This document shows, one piece after another, positions 38,211-51,446 of a DNA stretch of 64,000 bases (the first letter of the stretch is position 1; every line of letters starts with the position of its first letter). Both the position numbers and the translations under genes were made by a program. The DNA lies in assembly GCA_002189035.1 (NCBI GenBank), contig NEEC01000014.1:1426001-1490000 (forward strand). Direction: 5' to 3'. Source of the DNA: Utricularia gibba (Eukaryota; Plantae; Magnoliophyta). The notes under the pieces were generated by a model. That model had not been told where the DNA came from, did not search any database, and saw only the letters and a list, made by a program, of their open reading frames with translations.

Positions 38211-38833
38211 AGCGCCTGAAAGCTACACTCTGCTCTGTATTCTAGGACCATTCTGTGAAGCATTGCACCATTCATTCTGTAAAGAATCTCTATTCTCGTA
38301 GTTTGCTAAGCTTCATTCGCAGTGGATTAGCTATACGAATGAAGGGCACCGTTTTTGCTTGTTGAGATGCATAGTGAAAAAAGACTGATCTTTGATGTCT
38401 TAGCAAACTGGACGATCCATCGCACATGGAAGATCTGTAGATCCAGACAAAGCATGCGTTATTCAAAATAGGTTCATGGGGAAGTGGGAACCAGACACAG
38501 GAAGGAGATACCATTGGATACCATTCCAATGGCGAATCTGGTGTCAACCCAACTCGTCTGTACAGTCCCGTATTTAATTGCTTCTGGAGTCCCGATTCCT
38601 TTCCGGAACCCAACTCCTCTGTACAGTACACCTGTAAATGGTAGTCCCCTCTCTCTGCAAATCAAACGCAGCCTGTTGCAGATTGTGATTTTCTACCAAG
38701 AACCTTGGTTTTCATTCTGAGTTTTCCGTTGCCCATCTTGGCATACATCAACCCAATTGTTCCGGGTTTGGGGTTTTTTCCCAGTTTCAGATCTCGTGTG
38801 AGTAGGGTTTCTCCGCTGACCACCCCCGCCCCC

Positions 38834-38853
38834 CTCTCTCTCTCTCTCTCTCT
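38834..38853. repeat. (CT)10 microsatellite in the GIF 5' leader
   Basis: Read directly from the sequence. Confidence 0.9.
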
Positions 38854-38923
38854 TTTGGGCATTTTGGTATTGCGTAGATTCATACGGCTGGGGTATTTCA
38901 AGAGAACGCCTGAAACGCCAAAT

Positions 38924-39858
38924 ATGCAGCAGCCCACGCCAATGTTTCCTCTCATGTCATCACTTCCGCCTACTGTCATAACCACCGAACAGATTCAGAA
39001 GGTGCTTCCTTTTTCTTCGCTGGGTATTTTATGGCTGTATTTGCGTAGGAGTATGGCGTGTTCCTATTTTTTGTTGCCTTTTTTTGTAGTATTTTCAAGG
39101 TATTTGTTAGAACTGTGCTTCTGTGATGAATTTCGAGTACTTATTGCTGCTGTTGACGATCCTCCATGCACTTGCCATTCTTAATTTTTTCTCAAAATCT
39201 TGTATATCCAGCAGTTAAACCGTAGTAATTTGTAATCATGCAGTACCTTGATGAAAACAAAAAATTGATACTGGCGATCTTGGACAACCAGAATCTTGGC
39301 AAGCTTGCTGAATGTGCGCAGTAAGTCTGCTTTTGATTGTTTTACGGGGAGGAAAAGAGGGTCTTGTCCTGTCCAGTTAACTGTATTTCAAACTAAGAAC
39401 CATTTTTGGCTCTTACTTTTAACTCGGGGATGATCAGGTATCAGACCCAACTTCAGAAGAATTTGATGTATTTGGCTGCCATAGCAGATGCACAACCACA
39501 GCCATCAGTGAGTGATCTCTTTACCAATTGCCTTGGAATAGCTCAATCAGACAGAATACTGAGTCATAAATCTTGAAAACAGTTGACTCCTCATCCTGGA
39601 ATGCAACAAGGAGGCTTTCTCATCCAGCATCCTCAGGCTGATGCCATGGCTCAGCAGATGAGTTCCATACCCCCGAGAGCACTGTTCAGTATCCCGCACC
39701 AACTGCAAGGTCCACAGATACATCAACACCTACAACCACTCAAACCAGGACCAATTAACACACATGAAGGTAATCCTAGAGATAAATCAGGTGGTGCTGC
39801 TGGTGAAGGGCGGGTAAACTCCACCACCCATGGCGGTGGAGAGTCTGAAGGAAAATAA
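38924..39858 (+). CDS. GIF: GRF1-interacting factor (SSXT/SNH domain, GIF2/3-like); exons 38924-39001, 39244-39320, 39438-39507, 39583-39858
   Basis: ITTEQIQKYLDENKKLILAILDNQNLGKLAECAQYQTQLQKNLMYLAAIADAQPQ followed by a Q/G-rich tail. Confidence 0.95.
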
Positions 39859-40757
39859 CTCATCATAGACCATGTTGTTATCTATTTCTGACTGACTGGA
39901 AAAGACTAGCCCTTCATGCCCACTACAAAGTTGGGGCTCTTTTTCAACCAAGTGATGTATGGATTCATTAGACGAAATTATCAGTCTTTTTGATTGCTGC
40001 AGACATTCGCCAGTCTAATGTAGGATGCTATGAAGCTCCCAGAGGAAACAATCAATCAATTCATGCTCATTTGAGGGCTCCATTGCTTTGCGGTGTACCC
40101 ACAAAAAAACTTGATGGAATAAGTGGAGTGGAGCAGGTTGATAGTTTCAAACTTTTCTATGAGAGCGGGTGAAACTTCCCTCGACCCTTTCGTCCCCTGC
40201 TGGATATAAATTTTTCAACTGAACTGGGGGGCATCGGTAATCCCTCTGCTGTCACCCACTAGGCCGTACAGAAGTGCCTTCCGGTGCCAGAAAAAACCTC
40301 GTCTCTTCTGGCTTTCACCAGAAATCTGACGTAGCTCCCACATCAGAAAAGTAGCCGTTGCATTTTCGTTTGAGGAGAGAGAAGTATTTAATACTAAATA
40401 ATAGCCGTTATAATTTTAGGCTTTCACAAACACCATAATTCAATATAAAACTATTTTCCAATATATTAGAAATTTTAATGTGTGTTATGGTATAAATATA
40501 TTTTTAAAATACATAAAATTAATTAATATATTATTTAATTATTAAAACAAATATTCAAAAATTTCATTAATTTATGAAGTTATTTAAATTGATGATTTTA
40601 TTACACATAAGAGCGTCTTAATAAATAGAGGTTAGTTTAAAATTAATCTTTTATCCCGTAAATATACATTCTGGAATCGCATCGTTGACTCCTGTATTCA
40701 TCCTGTTATTTTAGTGCGAAATGCATTGTAAAATCAAGCCATGCAGCAGCCAGGGAC

Positions 40758-42476
40758 TCAGACATTCTGGAGGGCGTCAGCAACAGTAACCCTGTGCTTC
40801 TCTTCTTCCTTCTGGGGGAGAACTTTGTTCTCTTTCGGTTTCTCCAATTGTTCTACTCGGAACTTCGCCTTGCCCCCAACTCATCAACCGCCTCTGCAAT
40901 TTTCAAAGTTCTTTCTGTGATCTCTATCAGCAAGAAGCACACTTGAACCGTGGGTAGAATTTCCACGGCAGGGAGAATGGAGATATTTGATGCGTTTTCC
41001 TCCTTCCCTTCTTGCCCATCCCCGGAATGGAAGACTTTCCTGTGCTCAAGTATGGTTACTTGTATCGTCTGCTGAGAAAGGGATCTCAGGGTGCTGCGCA
41101 GTTCATTGGCGGAATCGGTTGCCTCCTCGATTACAACGAGTATGTTGGATGACTTGGTCATTGTGTGCATAACTTGAACCAGCTCCTTCAGCACTGCGGA
41201 GGAAGCTGAGCATAGGTTCTTGCAGATCTTGATGAGATGATCTTTCGTGGGAGATGTTTCGGGAGTCTGGATATCGAGGGTTCGGTTGAGCTGATCCACC
41301 GAAGCGGCGCAGCCCCGGATCAGATCCCCGATCTTCAGGTACCCTTGCCATGGATGGCCGAAGCGGAAGCTCCCATGTGTAGGCTCCCACCTCCCAAAAT
41401 TAGCCTGTTGCAACATCGCAGAAGAAGGGCTCCATCAAATCACATGTGTTTCCAGTGTTTTGATTAGTTCAGTGTAAGTTCAGGAGGGGTGGAAATACCA
41501 GAGACTCCTCAGTGACTCTTGAGTGAAGGAAATCTTCATAGTTCAAGTGCTTCTTCTCCGACGAGGGACTGGGCGTGGCTTCACCGGGATTCGCAGAGCA
41601 TCCTTCTATGCAGGCTGAGCATGTTTCCAAAGAACAACACTTAGTAACACAGAAACTAGGGTTTTGGAGTTCTAGGTTATGTATGTAACTTACCATCTAG
41701 TGAATCACTGAGGCTTTTCATCTTCCTTTTGACAGTGCCATGGATCTCATCTCCTGCCCAAGTAGGGTAGACAAGCACGTTGGTGAGTATGCAGATGAAA
41801 CACCCTAATGCAGTTGTGATCACTCTGTCACTAGCCAGATCCCGCAGCTCATCTACCCGATACCCAGAAACAGAAACCATGGTGAATGTGATCATAAGAA
41901 TGGCAGCCCCGTGATCCAGGTGTGCTTTTATCACTGGAATGAAGCGCAGGAACGTCAAGGAAGACACTGCACGGGATATTCATCACATCATTCTGCATTC
42001 TCCACACTCTTTCATGTGAACAAACTGCCAAGAAATCAGGCTAGAAGAAGATGGAGATCTTCCAGACCTCACAGTACACAGCTCGATATTTTTAAAGAAA
42101 AAGTTCAGGAGTTACCCAAGAGAAAGACTGAGGCTTGAAGGAGAATGGGCTGAAACTTGTCACCTAACCGGGTAGCCATGGAATGAACCCCAAGTCCTAG
42201 CGCTCCGCCGAAGGCACCTCCAAGCATTCTATTCAAGCACTTTCCGATGGTGGCTCCGACGGTATACTCAAACACCACGATCACCGTCAAGATCGCCCAC
42301 ATGACGCTCTCCCCCCCCCTCATACAGAGGATTCATGTAGTAAAACAAAGACACCATAGAAACCGCCATCCCCGCTTTGAAGCAATGGACTACTTTCTTG
42401 GGCTCCCCTTCGCCAAGCCACAAGCTTTCCCCCATATTTCAGCTCCACAAAACCTAACAATCCTGCTCCCAGCCAT
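40758..42476 (-). CDS. ALMT: Aluminium-activated malate transporter (ALMT10-like); 4 exons; 2-3 frameshifts in C/G runs in this sequence; start uncertain
   Basis: PKKVVHCFKAG, MWAILTVIVVFEYTVGATIGKCLNR, SVSGYRVD, YPTWAGDE, WEP..FRFGHPW..YLKIG. Restoring one G at 40873-40877 extends the C-terminus to ...ADALQNV* at 40758. Confidence 0.88.
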
Positions 42477-43548
42477 TGAATTGCCTCAGTGCAATGTGGC
42501 AGCCATTCAATGGATGTTTGAAGCAGACAGCAGTTCCCTTGTACTTATATCCTTTTGCAGAGCAGTTGGTGTACGCTGAGTTAGCTCTCTTTCACCATCC
42601 AGAGATTGCCTATTTGGCTGAACTGGGATGACTCAAAAGGCAGTGTATGGCTACCTGTGCATGAACTTTCCACTCTCATTGCTTCTGAGGTCATCCTCAG
42701 TTTGCAAGCCGTATAGGGAACTAGACTTTCATAAGTAGGTAACCAATTACTTGTTTTCAGTTCAACACCACAACTTATTCTCCCATGATCCTATTTGTTA
42801 CATTTGTTTCAACACATCTCTTAAACCGAATGATTTGTTTGATATGAAAGTATAAGATTGATTTATAATATATTTAATAAAATTACGTTGTTTGATATAT
42901 AGGTATAATTATATCAACCATATGAGTATAATGATCATTTATTATAATTATATACACATATTACTTTCATATATAGTTATTTATATACTCAAATGGGAAT
43001 TTCAACATTTTTATATCTATATATTTGAATTTGTCTAAATCCTAATGATTTAAGTCCATCAAAATCTAAATCAACTAATCAAACAAAGTCGAATATGTTA
43101 AAAACTATGTTTATGATAAACATGTTGTTTAATTATAATATATAACTCCTTAATCATGTTTGTAAAAGTATTTTTGAATCGAGCAATTAATTATTTATTT
43201 ATTTTGAATACGTGTATCATATAATATTATTTTAAATATGTCTTTGTAGAATGGTTGAATGTTTAAAAATAATAATTAATTGAATATTACTTTCAAATTT
43301 ATTTAATAAAATATTAATTATTTTGAGAAATAAATTTACCTCCCGCCCAAAGTATCGGGTTGGCAGACTAATGGGTCGCACTTTACGGGTCGGGTAATCG
43401 TTTTGATGTGAATTTATTTGACTTATTTTTAAATAGAATTAGGGTCAGGGAAAAAAGGAGTTAATAAAATTAATTCGTTTTTGTAAATAATGCAGGTCTT
43501 GGAAATGGAGGTGGGCGAAATTCTCCGATCAATTTCGTGTTTGGGAAG

Positions 43549-44878
43549 ATGAGCAGCATGTTGGGCGCGGGGCCGCCATGGAAGAATCTTCTTCTTAGCT
43601 CACTCCAGGCCAATTCGCATCTCAAGCACTCTTCATATTTCCAGCTAGTAAGTGTAGCGATGGGGCACCGATTCTGAATCTGGTTCTAATTTATTTTTTT
43701 TTGCCGATTATCTGCTTCTTTGCACATTTCAGGCGACGGTTACTCCCAACGGCAGACCTTCGAATCGCACAGTTGTTTTCAGGTTGCTTTCCAGATTTTC
43801 TGATTTAGTGGCTTGTTAATGAGTGCTTCCGCGTGTCTTAATCAGAGGGTTTCAAGATGATACTGATAAGATTCTGATCAACACGGATACTCGCACTGGT
43901 AAGGTACCCTGTTTCCCCTCCTGAATTGGGGCATCTGGATTCGAGGTTTTTGTTGGGTGGTGATGAAATGTGTATGCTTCGTCAAGTAGTTTACTCTCGA
44001 GCATCCAGCGCAAATTACGTTTTGAGGCTCTTCAGTTCTTTCACACTGCTTGATAATTTATTCTATTTGAGGTTTTCTTGGCAAGTGTTGCGTGGGTTCT
44101 TCTGGTTCACGTGACAGAAAGTAGTAAAGAATATTTTATCGTTGAGTGATGAAAAGTTGCTGTAATCATCGCAGATTGATGACCTGAAGCATTGCTCCTT
44201 TGCTGAGGTTAGCAAAATTTTATCCACATTCTGCCCTTTGCATAATACCTTGGGGGTTCTTGAGTTGAACATAGCATTAAAGGTGTTGCCTGGACTTGTG
44301 CATTTTTTCTTACAGATTTGCTGGTACTTCACTGAGTCATGGGAGCAATTCCGCATCAGCGGGCAAGTCGATATGATTGATGCATCGAATTCAAATCAAT
44401 CAAAGCTTGAGGTGATTTCTCTTTTTGATCAAATAGAAGTCTCGTTACTAGAGTCATCACTCTATTGGCTGCACTTCTCACATGCCCCATCTTGTACATG
44501 TTGCAGCAAAGAGAGAAATCATGGTTCGCTTCTTCTCTTAAATCAAGACAGCAATACATGGCACCTGCACCAGGGATTCCATCTTTGAATGATGATGGCG
44601 AACCTCAGTTGCCGTCGCCCCCATTGGATCCCTCAGTTGGTCCTGTTTCTACATTTTGCCTGCTTGTGATGGACCCTCAGCAGGTCAAGGAACTCTGCTC
44701 CCCTTTGGAATTTCTGCTTGAATTTATTGGTTGCTTCCATCCTCGAGTTTCTGAAAAAGTGACTTGCTTGCAGGTTGATTACCTTAACTTAAGGAGCAAC
44801 GAGAGGTCAGTTTTCACTTCGAGCGTGAGTGGTAGCCATGAGGTGAAGCTTTGGACTTCACTCAAAGTGAATCCTTAA
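43549..44878 (+). CDS. PPOX2: Pyridoxine/pyridoxamine 5'-phosphate oxidase 2; 7 exons
   Basis: PWKNLLL...HSSYFQLATV, GRPSNRTVVFRGF, EICWYFTESWEQFRISG, QREKSWF, VDYLNLRSN, WTSLKVNP*. Confidence 0.92.
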
Positions 44879-45796
44879 TGTGATTATTGCTACGCGGACA
44901 CCCTATTTATTGCACTGCTGTTGCTTGCTCTTAACGACAATAATGATGATCTTGTTCTTGCATTTTGTGATCAACTACTGAGAAAATGATTGAATTGTCG
45001 CATGTCCCGAGTACTCACTATGAGGTCATTTTCACTCTTCCCTGCATCTACATCAACGCTGACATCTATTTTGGAAGAGAAACATTCAAGGCCTCATCTT
45101 TTTTCGCAATTTTAATTTTTTAAATTTGTATGAAGCCAATAGTCTGCTAGGGTCAACAATTTCTGGAGTATTGGAAGTACTTTTTCAAGTTGCGTATGGA
45201 TGAGTATGAGATGAGAAATATCATTGCAACAACCAAGGAATCTACATCTTATCCCATTTGTCTTCATCTGCTTGGGTGTGAATTGTGATAACGGTGTCGT
45301 ACAGAAGTCCCACTTAAGCGCCACCCGTTCGCACGCGACTTGGGTAGCAAAACCGGCCCTTTGAGTATGACGGAGGAATCTGCAGGATCTGGCTGACTTC
45401 TCGGACCAAGGTTTAGAACCAACCCATTGATTCTCTCACAGCTGCATGATAGAGTTTCTTCGCTTAATGAAGATTGTGTCGTCGAACTTGCTTTCCCTTT
45501 TACGCTTCAGTGATGTAGATTTCGTGACATATGATTTTTTATGCCGATAAGTTCTGATAATGGAATCGCACCAAAACCTGTAGATAATTGCGATGATTCT
45601 TTATACTAACACTCTATGCCGTTCGTTATTGAGGTTGGAATTGTGTGGGTTCTTTGTGCTTGACGTGAACGAATTATTCTCTTAAAGATTGTCAATTGGT
45701 TTGAGATGAATTTAACAAGCATTTTGTTTGGATGTGGTCCTATTCCTAAGAAAATTTTTTTTTTGGGTAGAGTTGTTACTGAGATAGTGAAGAGAA

Positions 45797-47398
45797 ATGG
45801 CATTTGCAGAAGCTAGAGCTGCATGGCAGAGGGCGGCCAACAGGTGTTTTGTTCAAGAAGATGCAAAAAGAGCTCCAAAATTGGCATCATCATTTGCCCC
45901 ATCAGCTATCGAAGCTGAATTGGAACCGTCAAATGCAGCTGCCAGTCAACAAATTGCTTCTACTGTATTTGTGCTGTTTGATCCCGAACCTTCATATTAC
46001 AACTTATCCCCACTAGTAGGTGGTGGCTAAAAATGCAGCCGGACTATGGATGTGGCAGGGGCTCATTGGATAAACAGCTCAATGTTGTGGATGGTGATGA
46101 AGGAAGGTGCCTGTTCAAAGAAACCTCGGAAAATTTTTTAAGTGGCGAAAGTGATTTTGTAATGGTGGATCAGCTCCCAACTGTTGAATCTGCCTTTGGT
46201 GGAGATTGTTCTTCCAAGGAGGAAAACTTCAGGACATCATCATATGGCATGGACTGCTCCGTTCATCATAAATCGGGTAATGAAGTGACTTGCAGGAATA
46301 AAGGAGAGGGAGTAATTGAGGCGTTAGTTAGCAGCAATGATAAATTGTTTGATTTGGATGCTTCTTGGGGTGGGGTTGAGAAAAGTGGTCCATGGTGGCG
46401 AACAGATGCAGAGGAGCTTGCTTTATTAGTCTCACAAAGGTCTCTTAGTCTGGTGGAGAATTGTGACCTCCCATTTCCTCAAAATTCATATGCAAGGAAG
46501 GGTCTCAATGCTGACAGAAACTCCTTTTGCCAACATAAATATTTCACTTCATCGGTTCAAGAGAGCTTAGTAGAGCCTTCCAGGTTTTTGAGTTCTAACG
46601 ATTCTACAGGAGGGAAGATGGCTGGTTGCATTTCTTTACCGAAGCAAAGGCTACCGTCAGAGAGCCAATCTGTGTAATCTCTTTATTTTCAGTTCTCGTT
46701 AACTTTCAACTTCCATTTTCTACCATTTCTGGTGCATTTAGCAACACCATCATTCTTTTGACTCAATGCAGTCTTTGAGTTTATTCTAGTTTTTGAGTTC
46801 TGATGATACTGTTTGTTTCCATTTCTTTGATCATGCGGGTTTTCTCTGCCTTCATGGATTCAAGAAAAAAAATGTGCTAGAACAAAGAGCAAGTTTTCAG
46901 TATGAATGTATCAACCAGCTTTACTGATCTCACTTGTTCTTTTACTCCCTCTGCATACAGAACAACCAATGGAGACTCTCCAAATACCAACAGACTCGGA
47001 GAGGATACTGCTAAGCTACTAGAAGCCTTACGCCATTCCCAGACCCGTGCGAGACAATCTGAGAAAGCGGCAACCGAAGCTTATGCTGAGAAAGAGCACA
47101 TCGTCAAGCTTCTACTGAGACAAGCTTCTCATCTCTTTGCATACAAGCAATGGTTCCAACTTCTCCTGCTGGAGAACAACACATATTTGCAGGTCCAAAG
47201 TCACAAAAGTCAGGCAGCCTCTCCCCTATACCCGGTTGCATCACCCCATTACAAGCCCCCTCGAAGCGGCGAAAATCACCACAACACAGTGCCTGGGACA
47301 TTGGTAAGTATGCAATAGCCTTTGCATGGGGCATAGGTCTGGTGAGTGCTGGATTGATCCTGGGTTGGGGCATTGCCTGGATCCTCCCTCCCCTGTAA
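45797..47398 (+). CDS. Conserved uncharacterised plant protein with C-terminal TM helix (At2g46550-like); exons 45797-46673 and 46961-47398; two C-run frameshifts in this sequence
   Basis: MAFAEARAAWQRAANRCFVQEDAKRAPKLA, (R)WWLKMQP, PWWRTDAEELALLVSQRSL..VENCDLP, LLEALRHSQTRAR, YKQWFQLL, KYAIAFAWGIGLVSAGLILGW. Confidence 0.85.
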
Positions 47399-47826
47399 GC
47401 TCATGTTACCTTAGTTCATTGCATCATGTAAATACTTCTCCCCCTGCCGCATGCTGATGATGAATGAGCTGCAGCATTAGTCCTGAATAGTTCCTGGTTT
47501 ATTATCTCCAAGTTATTGCAGTGAATGATGGGAGCAGCTCCTAATGGGGAATAATGGTGTAGGTGGAGGCATCGGTCATCCCATAAATGCTGCAGTAAAA
47601 AGGAGCAACTTCCCGTTAACTCTCACAGCGGTCTTTTGCTTTTTGCGTGCCTGAATTGGTGTGTGTGTTTCCGCCTGGTTCACAACCCGGCAACGTGCCC
47701 AAACGCCAATAGCGTGTGAAGATGAGAGGGAGCCAAAATCGACCGCGTGTGAGCTTCTGTGGAATCTTGAACCGCTTTTAAGAGGCCCGCCGGGTACTGC
47801 TTCCATCTCCGTCTGTTTCATCTTCA

Positions 47827-49209
47827 ATGGCCGCCCAAGTTTTGCTCAGCCTGCTCCTGCTCTCCTCCGCCGCCGTTGCGTTCTCCGATTCTCCCCATTG
47901 CCAGACCTTTGTTCCGACCTCCCTCCCTCACCCCCAGCTTGAATTCTCCATTTTGGAACGGTATGATGATGACACTTACTCCGAACCCGATTCCTTCGGT
48001 CTGTTCCACATCGATTCGCTCTCTTCTCCGGCTAACTCCACCCCGGAGTCCCTCTTCCACCTTCGGCTCCGGCGAGATGCTGCCAGAGTGAAATCACTCT
48101 CTGCCGCCGCTGCCGCTTCTATAGATTTCAGCAGCTCCGTCACTTCGGGGCTCGCGCAGGGCAGTGGCGAGTATTTCACCCGCATCGGCATCGGGACGCC
48201 GCCGAGGTACGTGTACATGGTCGTCGACACTGGAAGCGACGTCGTTTGGGTGCAGTGCTCCCCTTGCACCAAATGCTACACCCAATCCGACCCGGTTTTT
48301 GATCCGAAGGCCTCCTCTTCCTTCCTCGGCGTCCCTTGCGCTTCGCCGCTCTGCCACCGCCTCGACTCGTCGGGATGCAACAGCCGCCAGAAGTGTCTCT
48401 ACCAGGTTTCCTATGGCGACGGTTCCTTTACTGTTGGGGAATTCTCCACTGAAACGCTGACGTTTCGTAAGACGAAAGTGGATAATATTGCTCTAGGTTG
48501 CGGCCACGACAATGAGGGCCTTTTCATCGGCGCCGCCGGGCTGTTGGGGCTCGGCCATGGCAAGCTCTCGTTTCCCACCCAGGCCGGCGATCGATTTGGA
48601 AAGAAGTTTTCATACTGTTTGGTGGACCGCTCCGCCGTCGCGAGGCCGTCGTACATGGTGTTCGGCGAATCGGCGGTGTCGAGAAACGCGGTGTTCACGC
48701 CTCTGTTGACGAACCGGAAGCTGGATACGTTCTACTACGTAGGGCTCAACGGCCTTTCCGTCGGCGGATCTCGGCTCCCCGGCGTCACGCCGTCGCTCTT
48801 CAAGATGGACTCCGCCGGAAACGGCGGCGTGATCGTGGACTCAGGTACGTCGGTGACTCGGCTCTCCCGACCCGCATACGTCGCGCTGAGAGATGCTTTC
48901 CGTAGCGGCGCGTCGCACCTGCCACGCGCCCCAGAGTTCTCCCTCTTCGACACGTGCTTCGACCTCGCCGGGAAGACGGAGGTGAAAGTCCCGACGGTGG
49001 TACTCCACTTCGACGGCGCCGACGTCTCTCTTCCAGCATCGAATTACCTGATTCCAGTGGATCTCTCCGGTCGCTTCTGCTTCGCCTTCGCCGGAACGAA
49101 CAGCGGCCTGTCTATCATCGGAAACATTCAGCAGCAGGGTTTCCGGGTCGTATTCGACCTGGCGGCCAATCGGGTCGGGTTCGCCCCGAGAGGATGTACC
49201 GCCGGGTAA
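47827..49209 (+). CDS. Nepenthesin-like aspartic protease (APF2/ASPG1-like), intronless, 460 aa
   Basis: Signal peptide, SGLAQGSGEYF, both catalytic motifs DTGS and DSGT, GCGHDNEGLF, GNIQQQGFRVVFDL. Confidence 0.96.
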   Translation: MAAQVLLSLLLLSSAAVAFSDSPHCQTFVPTSLPHPQLEFSILERYDDDTYSEPDSFGLFHIDSLSSPANSTPESLFHLRLRRDAARVKSLSAAAAASIDFSSSVTSGLAQGSGEYFTRIGIGTPPRYVYMVVDTGSDVVWVQCSPCTKCYTQSDPVFDPKASSSFLGVPCASPLCHRLDSSGCNSRQKCLYQVSYGDGSFTVGEFSTETLTFRKTKVDNIALGCGHDNEGLFIGAAGLLGLGHGKLSFPTQAGDRFGKKFSYCLVDRSAVARPSYMVFGESAVSRNAVFTPLLTNRKLDTFYYVGLNGLSVGGSRLPGVTPSLFKMDSAGNGGVIVDSGTSVTRLSRPAYVALRDAFRSGASHLPRAPEFSLFDTCFDLAGKTEVKVPTVVLHFDGADVSLPASNYLIPVDLSGRFCFAFAGTNSGLSIIGNIQQQGFRVVFDLAANRVGFAPRGCTAG

Positions 49210-49439
49210 ACAACAGCAATGATGCCCCAGTGGCTACTGCATTTATGTCCCTTTCCTCTGCCCCCATTAAAGCGGGGTTTAATGCCCAACGGTCACCCAT
49301 TTCAATTAAACTACGAATCTATCCACCATAATAATAAATAACATTAATTTTTAATTATTATTTATTTTACATAAATATTATAACTAAATATTATTAAAAA
49401 AATTATAAATGCTATATTTCTTACTTTCTAAAATTGAAT

Positions 49440-49640
49440 AGGTTTTTGGATGGTCACTAGATCATATAAATCCCTAAAGTCTTAAAATTGATACAATCAA
49501 TCTCCAATGTTAAATAAAAATGGTATAATTAATCCTTTATTGACATATTTGATCTCCAAATTTTATGTATTTGGTATATTTAATTCTCAAATTTTGATAA
49601 TCAAACATAATTAGTTACAATTTTTCTACTTCAATTATTT
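49440..49640. mobile_element. Possible eroded Mutator-like/MITE terminal sequence
   Basis: Loose motif recurring about every 30 nt (aatcaatctccaatgtt, atttgatctccaaatttt, atttaattctcaaatttt), a texture seen in MULE-derived TIRs. No partner TIR or TSD found. Confidence 0.25.
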
Positions 49641-49961
49641 TTTAGATTAGTTCTTATTATTTTAAAATTAGATATATTTAATATTCATTATTTATTTATT
49701 TAATATAATTTATATTCATCTTCTTCGACCACCGTAGATCGCCGTCGATCGTCGCCAGCCACTGCTGCCAACCACCGCCGCCATTGACGTGCGATTAAAG
49801 AAAGTAGTCTTAACTAAAAATAATTGTAACGTGTGGGATAATTAAGAGTGGATGGGCATGGATCACCAGCCCCTCCATCGGACTTCATTCCATGATGGAA
49901 GCTTTGATCCCACGTTAACTTTGATTTATGACCATCTCCCTTTTCTTGTTGTCCACTCTCG

Positions 49962-51446
49962 ATGGAGGAAGGAGGAGACGGGCGGCGCTGCAAACTGGGC
50001 TTCATTTTCTTCCTGGTGGTTTCTCTTGGTCTGACGACGTCGGCCGGAGGAGCTCGGGATGAAGAAGAGGTGAGGCGATCATGCGATAGGGATCTGAGCC
50101 TTGTTCTTCCTTATCCCTACAGCAGTTTGCCCAACATGGTCTGCAGATCTCTTTGGAACTCCTACTTGTTGAGAGTAAGTGTGCTGCTGTTGAATTACGT
50201 ACACGATTCAGGAATAACTCCGCATTTGCAGTACTCGAGATCGAGAAGCAACGAGCTGACGATCGTGGTGTCCACGATATACACCAGCGGATGGGTGGGC
50301 ATCGGATTCTCGCCGGACGGGAGGATGCTGAACTCGAGCTGTATGGTTGCTTGGGTGAACGGTGAGGGGCGGGGAAGGATACGGCAGTACAAGGTGAACG
50401 GATTGATTCCCGGCGAGATCAAACCGGATGAGGGGCAACTGCCTCTCACCAATGTTCCGCCCTACATGGCTCTCAGCTCCGCCACCATTTACTTGGCGTT
50501 TCAGCTCGATCTCAACCGGTCGCCGGAGCACCACATTACGCATCTTCTCCTGGCATTCAGCACCAAGAATCCTCACCATCTCCGTCTCACTCTTCACGAC
50601 GATAAAGTTAGCATCGGCTTTGATTTCTCATCGGGTACGTGTAGCTCATCCTGCAACCCGCTCTTTGCAAAACAGCATGCAATGGCGTGCGTATTGATTG
50701 AAAAACCTTGGTGAATACCTCTCCTGAGCAGGGGAAACAAAGGCAAGTGGAGCAGCTGATTCTTCTTCTTCATCATCATCATCATCATCTGCTGCAATCG
50801 TGAATGACATGAGGACAACTCATGGAGCACTGGCTATCTTAGGATGGGCTGTTTTTCTTCCTCTGGGTACAATTTTCGCAAGGTACCTGAAGAAGAGAGA
50901 GCCCTTTGGTACTATCTTCACGTCTTGATTCAGTTCGTCGGGTTTCTCCTCGGAGTCGCTGCCATCGTCGCCGGAGTGTCCCTCAACAACATACTCCCTG
51001 TTCCCGTCCCCACCCACAAGGGCGTAGGAGTTTTCATCCTTGTCCTCACCATTCTCCAGGTATGACACAGAAGATCTGCGCATTGATCATGATAACACGC
51101 CAATGAATCTGGATTTCACAGTCGGCTCCACTGAAATCATGAATCTCAACATCTCATCATTCAGGTTTTGGCTTTCTTTGGGCGGCCGAGCGACGGGAGC
51201 AAGTACCGCAACTGCTGGAGTCTGGCGCACCACTGGATGGGCAGAGTCTGCCTTGTGATGGGCGGCGCCAATATTGTTATTGGGCTCCATGTCGCTGGCG
51301 CTGGGACGCCGTGGAAAGCAGTCTGTGGGATGCTTGTGACTTCAGTCCTGTTAGCGGTTGTTGTTCTTGAAGTAGCACTGCGTCTGGAGAGGAAGAGAGC
51401 CAAAGCAGCAGGCGCCATGCAGCACCATGAAATGGCTGTCAAGTAA
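49962..51446 (+). CDS. Cytochrome b561 and DOMON domain protein (At3g61750-like); 4 exons; 1-nt frameshift at 50902-50904; poly-Ser linker from a (TCT/TCA) repeat at about 50760-50790
   Basis: GWVGIGFSPDGRM (DOMON), HGALAILGW, WYYLH, HKGVGVFIL, HHWMGR: the four haem-ligand His motifs of CYBDOM proteins are present. Confidence 0.9.

Noticed and set aside
39960-40380. GC-richer stretch between GIF and ALMT with short minus-strand frames
   Set aside because: No ORF with a convincing start, splice pattern or motif; may be UTR sequence.
40873-42408. ALMT as a true pseudogene, or programmed frameshifting at its G runs
   Set aside because: All breaks are homopolymer shortfalls of the kind seen in five other genes here, and the domains are otherwise intact. 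Assembly error is simpler.
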